Part shown: positions 18,794-28,847 of the stretch, in pieces
Position numbering within the stretch: position 1 is the first letter of the stretch
How the letters are laid out: the number at the start of each line of letters is the position of its first letter
Origin: an uncultured bacterium
GTDB lineage: Bacteria; Zixibacteria; MSB-5A5; CAIYYT01
DNA: 64,000 bases
Reading direction: 5' to 3'
Assembly: GCA_963726455.1 (NCBI GenBank)
Contig: CAVSCK010000001.1
Coordinates: forward strand, 32,001-96,000
Notes under the pieces: model-generated
Database searches by the model: none
What the model was told of the DNA's origin: nothing
The model's input: the letters and a program-made list of their open reading frames with translations, nothing else
Translations under genes and position numbers: made by a program

Positions 18794-18945
18794 AATCCGA
18801 AGGACGCATTGCGTCAGTGGAAAGGAGAGTTTGTATGTTGGATATTGTGACGATCAGGAGGATTGACGAATAGTAACCCGTGCGTTTGCGCACTTTCACA
18901 AAGAACTCTCATTTCCGCAGACACCTGGGTGTCTGCGTTTTTTTT
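18794..18945 (+). ncRNA. Structured small transcript or leader (about 150 nt) containing 12-codon ORF MLDIVTIRRIDE (18835-18873); class unknown
   Basis: Bounded by a promoter and a terminator; GGAAAGGAGAGTT (18819-18831) pairs 12/13 with AACTCTCATTTCC (18904-18916). Confidence 0.5.
18916..18945 (+). terminator. Intrinsic terminator
   Basis: cgcagacac-ctgg-gtgtctgcg plus T8. Confidence 0.85.
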
Positions 18946-18958
18946 GGAGACTTCAGTC

Positions 18959-19168
18959 ATGGCAGATGAACTGAGCAATAGAAGAATCAAAGGTATCAAG
19001 AAGATGCTTAGCTATGATCGCCTTAAGGCCAAAGCGATCAAGAAGAAGAAACAGATAGAGAAAGCCAATCAGCAGAAGGTTGATCGACATAGATCGAAAC
19101 AGCAGGAAATCGACGAGTTGTTGACTGATGCTATCGACAGCGAGGAAGACTCCGGAGGTGACGCATGA
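18959..19168 (+). CDS. Small Lys/Arg-rich hypothetical protein with acidic tail, coupled to rsgA
   Basis: GGAG RBS; MADELSNRRIKGIKK...; ATGA overlap with rsgA. Confidence 0.7.
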   Translation: MADELSNRRIKGIKKMLSYDRLKAKAIKKKKQIEKANQQKVDRHRSKQQEIDELLTDAIDSEEDSGGDA

Positions 19169-20058
19169 CCGGCAGGGTCATTCGCTCCAGGGGAAAATTC
19201 TTCACGGTTCTTGCCGAAGGTCTGGAATACCAGTGTGAAGTGTTCGGCAAAGCCAAACGCGACAAAGGACAATCACCGGTCGCGGTTGGCGATATCGTTG
19301 ACTTCGTGCCTTCCGTTGATGGTCCGGGTGGAATCGAAAAGGTCCACCCACGCCTCACCAAATTCTCACGCGTCAGAGTCGGTGAGGAGCTGAAGGGTAC
19401 CGAGCAGGTAATTGTCGCCAACGTCGATCAGATGGTGATTGTCGCGAGTGTTCGAGAACCGGAACTCAAACTACGACTTGTCGATCGCTTCATCGTGGCC
19501 GCCTTTAAAGGCGGCCTCAAACCGGTCGTCGTAATTAACAAGATTGATCTGCAACATCGCCACGATCTGGCTCGTATCAAAACCATTTACGAATCAGTGG
19601 AGGTTCCCATCGTGCAGGCATCATGTGTAAGTGGAGTAGGCATCGATGAACTGCGCAAGCAACTGTGCGACCACGAATCGATTTTTGTCGGACATTCCGG
19701 AACCGGTAAGTCATCACTGCTCAACAGTCTTCAACCGGGATTGGCAATAAGAACGGCGGAAGTCTCGGAGACTACTACCAAAGGTACGCATACCACAACC
19801 AATGTTGAGTTATATGCTCTTGATTCCGGCGGTTACGTAGTCGATAGTCCGGGTTTGAAGGTGTTGGGAATCTGGGATTTGGATCGCGATGAACTGCAGA
19901 TTTATTTTCCCGAATTCGAGGCGTATTTGGGGCACTGCAAATTCAGTCGCTGTTCTCATCTCCACGAACCGGAATGCGCTGTAAAACAGGCGGTTAGCGA
20001 AGGTCGAATTTTTCCTGAGCGTTACGAAAGTTACGAACGGCTCTATCACAGTTTGTAA
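19165..20058 (+). CDS. rsgA: Ribosome small subunit-dependent GTPase A
   Basis: Circularly permuted NKID / GHSGTGKSS / GTHTT / DSPG; zinc finger CKFSRCSHLHEPEC. Confidence 0.95.
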   Translation: MTGRVIRSRGKFFTVLAEGLEYQCEVFGKAKRDKGQSPVAVGDIVDFVPSVDGPGGIEKVHPRLTKFSRVRVGEELKGTEQVIVANVDQMVIVASVREPELKLRLVDRFIVAAFKGGLKPVVVINKIDLQHRHDLARIKTIYESVEVPIVQASCVSGVGIDELRKQLCDHESIFVGHSGTGKSSLLNSLQPGLAIRTAEVSETTTKGTHTTTNVELYALDSGGYVVDSPGLKVLGIWDLDRDELQIYFPEFEAYLGHCKFSRCSHLHEPECAVKQAVSEGRIFPERYESYERLYHSL

Positions 20059-20577
20059 TCGGGAAAAAATCGTCGGCTTTAATCGCATAAGATTAAAGTA
20101 GATATAACCTTTTCAATCTTTTCTAAAGTTTTTGTTGATTTGATTTGGCGGCGGCTCCACCCTATACGCGGCGCTCTAAGTGCCATGCTTTTGGATAATT
20201 GCGGAGGAATGTGACACATCCTGCTTTGTTACGGCGTCTATTGCGCGACGATAAGCATACGTCTGCGCCTTCCACATTTAATAGTGTACCGACGTTCTGC
20301 GGCTCAATCTCGGCGGACGACAAGTTCGCCGGGCCATTCGTAACTTTCGGCGGTGCAAAGTGCAACGGCCTCTCAGGGTGGGATATACGTGACGGGTGGG
20401 AATCCCGGCGTCGAGATATTGAAACCCGTTGTAAAATTTTGAAACAAGTTGCCGATAAAAATCACTACGTACCCGACCGTTCCCAAAGCGGAATGTCAGA
20501 CGAATTAATGTCTAAGAATTTCGAGCATCGGACGCATGTGAGAATTGGGTTAAGTGAAAGTGAAGCAAAGTTTTTTC

Positions 20578-20606
20578 TTGACAGAAAAAAACTATGCTCG
20601 TACCAT
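20578..20606 (+). promoter_or_regulatory. sigma70 promoter about 510 nt upstream of the giant surface protein gene
   Basis: TTGACA-N17-TACCAT. Confidence 0.6.
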
Positions 20607-21121
20607 GACCACAAATTTTTGGGCGATTTTTCGGCACGTGCAAAATTTCACTTGCACGGTTTAGGAAAAGTCGTTAATTGCTGCTCTCATTTTTGGGGAG
20701 GGGTAGGCGCGTCTGCGGCGGGATGCGAAAGCACTCGGTTTAGAAAGGCAGAAATAGGCAAACTAGCTAACGCTCGTTATAGCATTCGATATAAGAGGAG
20801 CTTCAGGGAAGATCAGCCGCGCGGCGCATGCCGTGTTTCTGGCAACAGGGAAGAAAGTGAACTGATTATGAATACGGGAATGTGGATCAGAGGCGGAAAG
20901 GGGGAGGCGAGTATTGTTTAATCAGCTAATGACTCGTTTTACATTGGTGAGAAAAGAGGATTAGAGCAACTTAAACTCATTAAACTAAAGGAGTATTCAT
21001 GGAAGATCTTGTCCTTTTCGGGAGAGATTGGAAAGGAGGGTATTGAAGGTAATGCATTTCAATGCCAACATGGAAACGAAGACGAAAAATGGATAAACAA
21101 CGAGTAACAAAGGATTGTCGA

Positions 21122-24100
21122 ATGAAGTATGTTCGAAATCTGGCATTACTGGCAGTTGTGATGTTGTTGACTTGGTCGGTCGGAGGAGGTACCGCCTTCG
21201 GGCAGGCCTATACCGTTCTTACGACCCCGCACGACACGGTAGCGAACAACGCAACCAACATCCAGCTGCTTCAGGTGGAGCTGACGGGGTTTGATACCGA
21301 TACTCTCACTTCGGTAAAGCTGAGAAGCTACATCGAAAAAGAGTACGCTATCAGCAGTATCAAGCTGTTCAAGAACGCAGCTGCAACCCCCTTCAAGACT
21401 TACACCATTTCCGGCCGGTTTGATGCCAATTATGAGGCCACTCTGGCTGGTTTTAATGTGCCGTTCGATGCCAACGACACGCTTACAGTCAAGGTTGACG
21501 CCTGGACGGATTCAGTTGATACGGATACCTCGTATCACATGACCGGTCTGGAAGTCGTCATTCCGCCCAAGGGCTTGGTTTTCAAGCACGACGGCGTCAA
21601 TGACACCCTGTTTAATGGAACTGGAAATGATTGGATTGCCAACCCGGCAATCAATTCTTCGGACGGTCTCTGGAATACGGCGCCGCCCGATTACATCGTA
21701 CTTTTCGATCTTTATGCCCCGATTTACGATGTTGCAGTGACGATTCTGGATACCACTACGGTGCCCAATGACTGCACAAACATCGTCAACATCGGTGACT
21801 CGCTCTTCATTCTTGTTAGTAACGTCAATGAAGAAGTCTCCGGCAATTCCGTTAAGGTGGATCTGTCAGCTTTCGGCGGTGATGCCGCCCATGAGCTGAA
21901 CTACCACGCCAATGGCGCCGGTTTCGCCGATGATACCTGGACTGACACGGTTCGGGTAGGCTCTGGCTCTCTGGATGTAATTCCAGGGTACGTCATCTAT
22001 TTCACGGCTACCGACAACGCCGGAAATACTGGCACGGAATCCTATCAGTTTGTTGAACCAATCGACGACATCGCTCCCGTGTTCGATTCGTTGAAGTTCT
22101 TCATTTCGCAGAACAACATGGGTTCCGATACCTCGGCGGCTTTGGGCGATCGGCTTACGGTCATCGCCTATATGACGTCCAATGGTTACTTCGAAAACAC
22201 CAGAGTGGTTGCGGTTGACAGATGGAACAACTTCCGCAGCGATACCACGACCTGGGAGATGGAAGACATCACGAACGGCAACAATATCTGGCGTGTCGAC
22301 ATTTGGTTGACTACCCCGTTGCCGATCGACTTACCCGTAGGCGATACCATTCTCAAACACATCTACTTGACCGCTTTCGACGACGCCTGCAATTCGACTA
22401 CGGATTCGACTAACTTGGATAACGCCATCGACCTTGATCCGCCGGTGTTCTCCAACGCCCTTTATCACACGATTGATAATGCCGATTCGAGCTCTTGCAC
22501 GAATCTTGGCGACTCGGTCAGAGTTAGTGCCGATCTTACTGGCAGCCCCGATGTTGCCTCTGTTTGGGGTGACTTCCTGCACGCCGGTATCGGCGGCACG
22601 GCTACCGAGGCCTTTGTAAACAAGGCTGGTGATTGGGAGAACAGATGGAAGATCGGCAGCTTGACCGATCCCGCTCTCGATCCCGAATCACAGTACGCGC
22701 GCGATATGAACAGTCTGCCGGTTAACACCGACTACACTGTTTGGATCTACGCGGAGGACGATGCCGGTAACCTCGACTCAATGCAGACCACCGCTTTGAC
22801 CGCTGTCCTTGGTGGTTCGACTCTGCTTGACACTCGCAGGCCGACCGCTATCGATCCCGATTCTGTGGTTATTAAGCAACTCGCCGGCGGTAAGCTGCAA
22901 CTGTTGTGGCCTGCCAGCTATCCTTCGCAAGCCGGTGACGCCCAGTTCTTCTACGTTTATGTAGATTCCACTGGTGCGGGCTTCAATTACGACAACATTT
23001 TTGGTACTACGTTCAACTTGGCCTATGACAATGCGGTCGGCCCCGATACCAACGCCTGGAAATCTGAAGTCCTGACGAATGGTAAGACTTACCGCTTTGT
23101 GATTCGCACCAAGGACGATTGTGGTAACCCCGAATTCAATACCAACATGTTCTCAGCAGAGGCCGACGCTGCGGCGCCGATCGCTTGCGTGGTATTCCCG
23201 TCAGTAGCGGATACCGGCAAGTATTACGGCCCGGGCAAGCCGCTCAATATCACGGCTACGACCACTGCGCACGATCTCGCCACCGCCTGGGTGACTTACC
23301 GTCGTCACGATGTTCCGAGCGGATCGTGGGGTCCCTGGGTTGATGGCCGCACGATTGGCACCATCGGCTTGATGACCATCGAAGGTCAGACCCTGTTCGA
23401 AGGTATTGTCCTCGGAGACGCTCCGTCAACTAAGGGCTACTATCAGCTTTACATCCTGACTACCGATTCAGCCGGCAACGTTCTGCCGCTTGATACGGCT
23501 CAGGCATATTGTTCCGCGTTCACCTTCTTCTGGAACCCGGATCAGCTGGTAGCCGACATTTACACGATCAACGGTTCCGCATCACCGCAGAATCCTGGAT
23601 GCGGCTTCACCGTATGGCGTGATTCCGTGAACACGGCCGTTGTTACGGTCATGGATCCGTTGACTACTCCGGTCTACACGATCGATGCCTGGGTAATGTT
23701 CATGTACCCGGATGTTCCTGAAAATCAGGATTCGGTTCGCATCGATTTCAAGGATTTCCAGACCGTACCGTACTCCTTCGGATTCAGCGTTACTGATTGG
23801 CCGAAATCCAACGATGGCATTCCGACCAAACTGTACGTCAGAATCACGAATTCGCAGAACGGCGCCTCCGGACTTGACTCCGTCACGCTTTGCGTGCCTG
23901 ATGTCAAAGCCCCGGACATTACCATGACCTATCCGGCTGCGTACTCACGCGTGCCGATCGCCAAGTCTTCGATGAATATGGTTCCTGTGAGAGCCAAGAT
24001 TCTCGGGACTTCTTACGACCCGGATTCCCCGGTGCGTATGGAATTCTTCTACCAGCTCGACGGAACGTCGGAATGGGTAAAGATCGGCGAGACCGGAACT

Positions 24101-27100
24101 CCGCTGGCGTCTAAGGGTATCGGTGGCAAGACTGCCCTGATCAGCCCGTCGTTCCCGGAATTCCAGGTAATGTGGGATAACTCAGCGTTGTCCGAGGGAT
24201 TCGTCTGGTTGAAGGCCATTGTTCATGACAATGTCGACAACACGCAGGAATCTCCTGCTATCAAGGTTTACCTTGACAAGACGGTTCCGCTTATGACGCT
24301 GTCGATTCCGGATGCTTTGATGCTCAACGGCAAGTTGACCGTCATGGATCCAGGTTTCGACCACTTCATCAATCTGAATGCCGAAATCACGAATAACACC
24401 ATCGACATCGCGAAGGTCGAGTTCTTCATTTCCTATCGCGATTCGGTTGATCTCGTGAAGTTCTACCACAAGATTGGTGACGGCTACGCAGCTCTCAACA
24501 ACTCCATTTGGAGATATGAATGGTTCATATCCGAATGGACCCATACTTGGGATGGCGAAGAGTGGGAGGACAATGGCTGGATGAAGTGCGGCTTCGATTA
24601 CAAGTTGCGCATCAAAGTCACCGATATCGCCGGCAACGTCTATGACGATACCGACGGTGACGGCCAATTCGACGATTACACATTCTGGGCTAATCCGTTT
24701 GCGGCCCCGATTTCCTTGATTACACCCGCCGACGCTTCCAAGCTCATCTTTAGGCTTGATTGCGGCGCGCCTCAGGTCGCCATCTACGAGGCAACTGCCG
24801 GAGATCGTACCTATCAGACTCCGTCAACTCTCCTCGGTGGACCTGGGATCATCTATATGAAGAAGGGTGAATCTGTTGGTGTCCAGTCGGTCATTCTTGA
24901 TTCGCTCGCCGACTTGACCGGCATCGAACAGGTTGAGTACTTCTTCGACAGTCCAGTTCAGGACGATTGGGTTTCCGTGGGCGTGGCCACTGCGTCACCG
25001 TACCACGTTAGCTTCGATCCGTTCGCTCTCGGGCTGATCACCAAGGATGACGTATTCCACAATGAATTCCATGGTGGAATCAGAGCCATTCTGACCGACA
25101 GTCTGCACCAGACCACGCAGGATCAGATCGAATTGATCGTTCTTGATACCTTCCCGGGCGACGCTGCCTGGAGAACTCCGACGCAACCTTATGTTTGGGG
25201 TTCTGTTGATATGAGCATCTGGGCGCTGCAAGGCGACGATGCTTATCGTCAAGTCGTCTACAAGTACAAGACGGCTGGCGGCGCGTGGACCGATATCACG
25301 ACTGTCCGACGCATTGACGATGCCGACATCTACTTCACAGGTGTGTGGGCTACGCTCAATACCGTACCTGATGGCGCTTACATCCTCGGTTTCGAGACCA
25401 CGGATCAGAACCTGAACGTGAAGTCTGCCGATGAAAATCCGCAGATCAATGTAAACGTTCAGAATGCCATGCCGACCATCACTATCTCTTCGCCGACAAA
25501 TGGTTCGTTCATCTGCGGTGGTGAGATCTTCGTTGCTGAAGTGGGTAACGGCCCAGTTGGTTACGTCGACTTCCAGTGGAAGACGACCACCAGCACTTCT
25601 TGGGAGAATTTCTCCGGCCCGGGCGACAACTTCGCTCCGTGGCAGAAGATCTTCGAGACGCCTGAGGAGTTTGTCGACGGCTTCTACAACTTCCGTGCGG
25701 TCGTAGTTAACCAGGCCGGACGCGAAGGCTTCAGCCCGATGATCACGCTGTTCTTCGACGGTACCAATCCGTTGGCCCGAATCCTTTCGATTCAGGCGCC
25801 GGATACTTCCGACGTAGAATACAACAATGACTACTCCGTATCGATCGACAGAACCGCCGGTGTCGTGACCGTTTCCACGATCGCGATTGACTCATTGTCG
25901 TCGGCTGGTTCGCAGGCGATCTACAACTCCGGTGTGGCTTCAGTTGGTCTCTACCTGACCACTGGTAGTGGTCCCAGCAGTGACGAATTGATCGCCTCAG
26001 GCACTCCGGATGCCAGCGGCCACTTCACGTTCTCTTGGGATGTCAGTGGCTTGGCTCCGGGCACTTACGTGCTCCTCTTCAAGGCCTACGACAACGTTGG
26101 TTGTAATGTCGGTACCGACTCGGTAGTCGTGTACATCTTCATGCCGACCAGCCCGTACGCCTTGGTGGCCGGTTTCTGGAACGGCAAGATCGTTGGCGTA
26201 ACCTATTCCGACGAACCCGTGCAGTTCCAGTACAAGACCACTGGCGACTGGATTCCGATCGGTATCGGCCATGAAGAAACCAGTGAATCGTTCTTCTATT
26301 ATGACAACAGATGGCAGAGTTACGCTGTTTACGCTGCTGATTGGTTGCCCGCTGACGGTAGCTACCAGTTGCGGATGCTCAACTCCATGGGCGAAGATTT
26401 CGCTCCGGTGTTGAGTGCCACGATCTCCGGCGGCGTGATGACTGCCACTTCGAACCCGGCTTCCGGATGGGGCCCGGGTACCATCGAGAAGAATGCTGAG
26501 CAGGGTTGCAACCTTGAGGGCGTAGCTCGCTTCACCTCATCGTTCGGCTTCCCGTTCGGCGTGAATATTTCGATGGATCAGGACGATCAGGACTTTGTTT
26601 ATCAACTGGTCGACTTCAAGAACTATCCGCAGCAAGGTACCTCTCAACTCTATGCCGGTCCGTTCGAGTTCTTCGAAATGGAAGACGGCGGTCCAGCTTG
26701 GGGCGAGGTATTCTTCTGTGATTATAACAATGGAGTTGGCTACTCCTCAAGTCAGAGTCTCGCCACGTGGTGGGTCACCAACGACCTCGGCACCGGCGGT
26801 ACGATTAAGCTTTCGCCCAACGGCGTCGACACTATCTGGGTCAGCATTCCGCAGGAATTCGAGCCCAGTTCTTCCGGCTTCGGCGATGCTCTCGTGATTT
26901 GGGAGTCGAGCAAACCGGATCCTTGCGTTTGGCAGGATTACATTCTGACGCCTGTCTCCAACCGCAATGGTCAGGCCAACTACATCGGTCTGCCGGGCCT
27001 TAATTGTGAAGGCCTGTGCACCTCCGGTTCCGATGAACGCTATGCCAAGGTTAAGATGACCTACGATGAGGGCTGCAATCTTCCTGAAGAATCATTGTTG

Positions 27101-28756
27101 GTCGCTTGGTGGGATGGCGATGGTCACTGGGTGTATTCTGAAGACGTGTTCTTCCCGTCGACCGTAGCCGGCTTCAACACTGCGGAGCACACAGTGGAAT
27201 TCGCCACTACGTGCCTGCACGGAACCTACGCGCTGGTCAAGCGCACTCTGTATAACGGACAGGAAATTGTCACCCGCAAGGATATGATTCCGAGCTGTGG
27301 CAACTATACCAGCCCGTTCCCGTCATTCCATTACCAGTTCTCAGAGCCATTCCCGAATTCAATTGAATGGTCAACTCTGCAGGTCCTGGTGGACGGCGTT
27401 CCCGTCTATCTCGGCCCTGATGCGGACTGGGTAGCTTCACCGGGAGTCAAGGGCGTCTCGACGCCGAAGACCCTTGATGAGGCGGACTTCTGGGAAGTCA
27501 ATATTGATGAAGTTTCCGGCGTCGTAATGGTTGAGTACATCGAGCCGGGTAGCCCCGATGGCAACTCGGAAGTTACCGATCCGTCCGAGACCAATTCGCC
27601 GCTTGCTTGTGGCGAACACACGCTGTTCATCAAGGCCACGAACATCCAGTTGAAGCCTCAGTTCCTTGAGGATCACTTCGTGGTTGATTGCCAGAAGCCG
27701 GTCGTAACCTTCCCGAACTCTTACATTGGGAAGGATCCGACGATCCACTTTACGATTAACGATGACGCATCCGGCGTAAAATGGGATTCCGTTTTCGTCG
27801 ATGTGTTCTTTGTCTCTACGGACGATAGCGCCAGTGCCTACTACGGCTATCCGCGGGAGAGAGTCACCTTTATCCAGACCTTCTTCCCGGGTCAAATCGA
27901 GAACTATCTGTCCGGCAATTCCGTGTCGATTCCGACCAGCTACGATCTGTCGAACAAGCGCGCGATGTTAGTTGTCGTGTACAACGGCCACCGTCGCGTC
28001 TACTTGGACGGTGATCAAAACTGGGGTATCGATCCGGGTGCTTACGATCAATTCCAGGAGTACTACCTCGCAGATGGTGGCGCTCCGGATTGTGTCGGCA
28101 ACAATGCGACGCCTCATGTCCAGTGGTTTACTGTTGACTCACGGGCGCCGATTATCACACGGAATTCGACGACAGCGACCTGCCCGATGGTGTTCACTAT
28201 CGGGGATGACGGCGCCGGTGTTACCGCTGCCGACATCACGATCCTTGAAGACGGTATCGCGTTGGGCGAAGGTGCTGAACAGAGTTCGGCTTCTGCGGTC
28301 AACAGTGGTGGTAAGTGGTACTTCGCGCCTTCTGGTGGCGGCGGACTGCTTTACTACTGCCCGACTGCGGGTGTCAAGGCTGAGATCGTGATTACCGACG
28401 AAGTTGGTAACGTGGTCTCGTTGCTGGTCTTCCCAGAGTCACCGCTTGCTGAAGGCGATGTCGTGGCGATGGCCGGTCCGAATCCGTTTGACCCTGCTCA
28501 GGATGCTTTCAACCTGAAGATTAGCTTGCATTCGTCGGCTAATGTGACGGTGAAGATCTATGACATGGGTGGCGATCTGATTACGACGCTGAGAAGCGGC
28601 GCAGCCATGAACGCCGGTGATAACCTTGTTGCCTGGAATGGAACCGCCGATGGTGGCCGGATGGTCGCAAGGGGCGCCTATCTCGCTCACATCGTCGCCG
28701 AAAATTCCGGTGGCAGTGCTCAGACTGTGGTCAAAATCGCAGTGGTTGAGAAGTAA
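21122..28756 (+). CDS. Giant secreted multi-Ig-like surface protein with C-terminal FlgD-Ig/T9SS-like sorting domain (about 2544 aa)
   Basis: Signal peptide MKYVRNLALL..AFG; many D.AGN / D..AP beta-sandwich boundaries; FN3-like segment; C-terminal PNPFDP..VKIYDMGG..WNG....G..VARGAY. Confidence 0.85.
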   Translation: MKYVRNLALLAVVMLLTWSVGGGTAFGQAYTVLTTPHDTVANNATNIQLLQVELTGFDTDTLTSVKLRSYIEKEYAISSIKLFKNAAATPFKTYTISGRFDANYEATLAGFNVPFDANDTLTVKVDAWTDSVDTDTSYHMTGLEVVIPPKGLVFKHDGVNDTLFNGTGNDWIANPAINSSDGLWNTAPPDYIVLFDLYAPIYDVAVTILDTTTVPNDCTNIVNIGDSLFILVSNVNEEVSGNSVKVDLSAFGGDAAHELNYHANGAGFADDTWTDTVRVGSGSLDVIPGYVIYFTATDNAGNTGTESYQFVEPIDDIAPVFDSLKFFISQNNMGSDTSAALGDRLTVIAYMTSNGYFENTRVVAVDRWNNFRSDTTTWEMEDITNGNNIWRVDIWLTTPLPIDLPVGDTILKHIYLTAFDDACNSTTDSTNLDNAIDLDPPVFSNALYHTIDNADSSSCTNLGDSVRVSADLTGSPDVASVWGDFLHAGIGGTATEAFVNKAGDWENRWKIGSLTDPALDPESQYARDMNSLPVNTDYTVWIYAEDDAGNLDSMQTTALTAVLGGSTLLDTRRPTAIDPDSVVIKQLAGGKLQLLWPASYPSQAGDAQFFYVYVDSTGAGFNYDNIFGTTFNLAYDNAVGPDTNAWKSEVLTNGKTYRFVIRTKDDCGNPEFNTNMFSAEADAAAPIACVVFPSVADTGKYYGPGKPLNITATTTAHDLATAWVTYRRHDVPSGSWGPWVDGRTIGTIGLMTIEGQTLFEGIVLGDAPSTKGYYQLYILTTDSAGNVLPLDTAQAYCSAFTFFWNPDQLVADIYTINGSASPQNPGCGFTVWRDSVNTAVVTVMDPLTTPVYTIDAWVMFMYPDVPENQDSVRIDFKDFQTVPYSFGFSVTDWPKSNDGIPTKLYVRITNSQNGASGLDSVTLCVPDVKAPDITMTYPAAYSRVPIAKSSMNMVPVRAKILGTSYDPDSPVRMEFFYQLDGTSEWVKIGETGTPLASKGIGGKTALISPSFPEFQVMWDNSALSEGFVWLKAIVHDNVDNTQESPAIKVYLDKTVPLMTLSIPDALMLNGKLTVMDPGFDHFINLNAEITNNTIDIAKVEFFISYRDSVDLVKFYHKIGDGYAALNNSIWRYEWFISEWTHTWDGEEWEDNGWMKCGFDYKLRIKVTDIAGNVYDDTDGDGQFDDYTFWANPFAAPISLITPADASKLIFRLDCGAPQVAIYEATAGDRTYQTPSTLLGGPGIIYMKKGESVGVQSVILDSLADLTGIEQVEYFFDSPVQDDWVSVGVATASPYHVSFDPFALGLITKDDVFHNEFHGGIRAILTDSLHQTTQDQIELIVLDTFPGDAAWRTPTQPYVWGSVDMSIWALQGDDAYRQVVYKYKTAGGAWTDITTVRRIDDADIYFTGVWATLNTVPDGAYILGFETTDQNLNVKSADENPQINVNVQNAMPTITISSPTNGSFICGGEIFVAEVGNGPVGYVDFQWKTTTSTSWENFSGPGDNFAPWQKIFETPEEFVDGFYNFRAVVVNQAGREGFSPMITLFFDGTNPLARILSIQAPDTSDVEYNNDYSVSIDRTAGVVTVSTIAIDSLSSAGSQAIYNSGVASVGLYLTTGSGPSSDELIASGTPDASGHFTFSWDVSGLAPGTYVLLFKAYDNVGCNVGTDSVVVYIFMPTSPYALVAGFWNGKIVGVTYSDEPVQFQYKTTGDWIPIGIGHEETSESFFYYDNRWQSYAVYAADWLPADGSYQLRMLNSMGEDFAPVLSATISGGVMTATSNPASGWGPGTIEKNAEQGCNLEGVARFTSSFGFPFGVNISMDQDDQDFVYQLVDFKNYPQQGTSQLYAGPFEFFEMEDGGPAWGEVFFCDYNNGVGYSSSQSLATWWVTNDLGTGGTIKLSPNGVDTIWVSIPQEFEPSSSGFGDALVIWESSKPDPCVWQDYILTPVSNRNGQANYIGLPGLNCEGLCTSGSDERYAKVKMTYDEGCNLPEESLLVAWWDGDGHWVYSEDVFFPSTVAGFNTAEHTVEFATTCLHGTYALVKRTLYNGQEIVTRKDMIPSCGNYTSPFPSFHYQFSEPFPNSIEWSTLQVLVDGVPVYLGPDADWVASPGVKGVSTPKTLDEADFWEVNIDEVSGVVMVEYIEPGSPDGNSEVTDPSETNSPLACGEHTLFIKATNIQLKPQFLEDHFVVDCQKPVVTFPNSYIGKDPTIHFTINDDASGVKWDSVFVDVFFVSTDDSASAYYGYPRERVTFIQTFFPGQIENYLSGNSVSIPTSYDLSNKRAMLVVVYNGHRRVYLDGDQNWGIDPGAYDQFQEYYLADGGAPDCVGNNATPHVQWFTVDSRAPIITRNSTTATCPMVFTIGDDGAGVTAADITILEDGIALGEGAEQSSASAVNSGGKWYFAPSGGGGLLYYCPTAGVKAEIVITDEVGNVVSLLVFPESPLAEGDVVAMAGPNPFDPAQDAFNLKISLHSSANVTVKIYDMGGDLITTLRSGAAMNAGDNLVAWNGTADGGRMVARGAYLAHIVAENSGGSAQTVVKIAVVEK

Positions 28757-28768
28757 GTAAGGAAGACA

Positions 28769-28802
28769 AGGATGAGTCTCCCCGAAACGGGAGACTCATC
28801 CT
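28769..28802 (+). terminator. Strong stem-loop between giant gene and porV-like gene (no U-tract)
   Basis: aggatgagtctccc ... gggagactcatcct inverted repeat. Confidence 0.7.
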
Positions 28803-28847
28803 GTGAATTTGAAATGAACTCTTATGTATAGGAGGGGAGATTTCGAG

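Noticed and set aside
18789-18815. c-di-GMP-I riboswitch (GCAAA..GAA..GGACGCA)
   Set aside because: P2 stem far too short and no P3 or tetraloop-receptor elements.
20199-20921. 240-aa ORF in the rsgA / giant gene intergenic region
   Set aside because: TTG start without RBS, no recognisable domain, atypical composition, and it overlaps a good promoter and leader.
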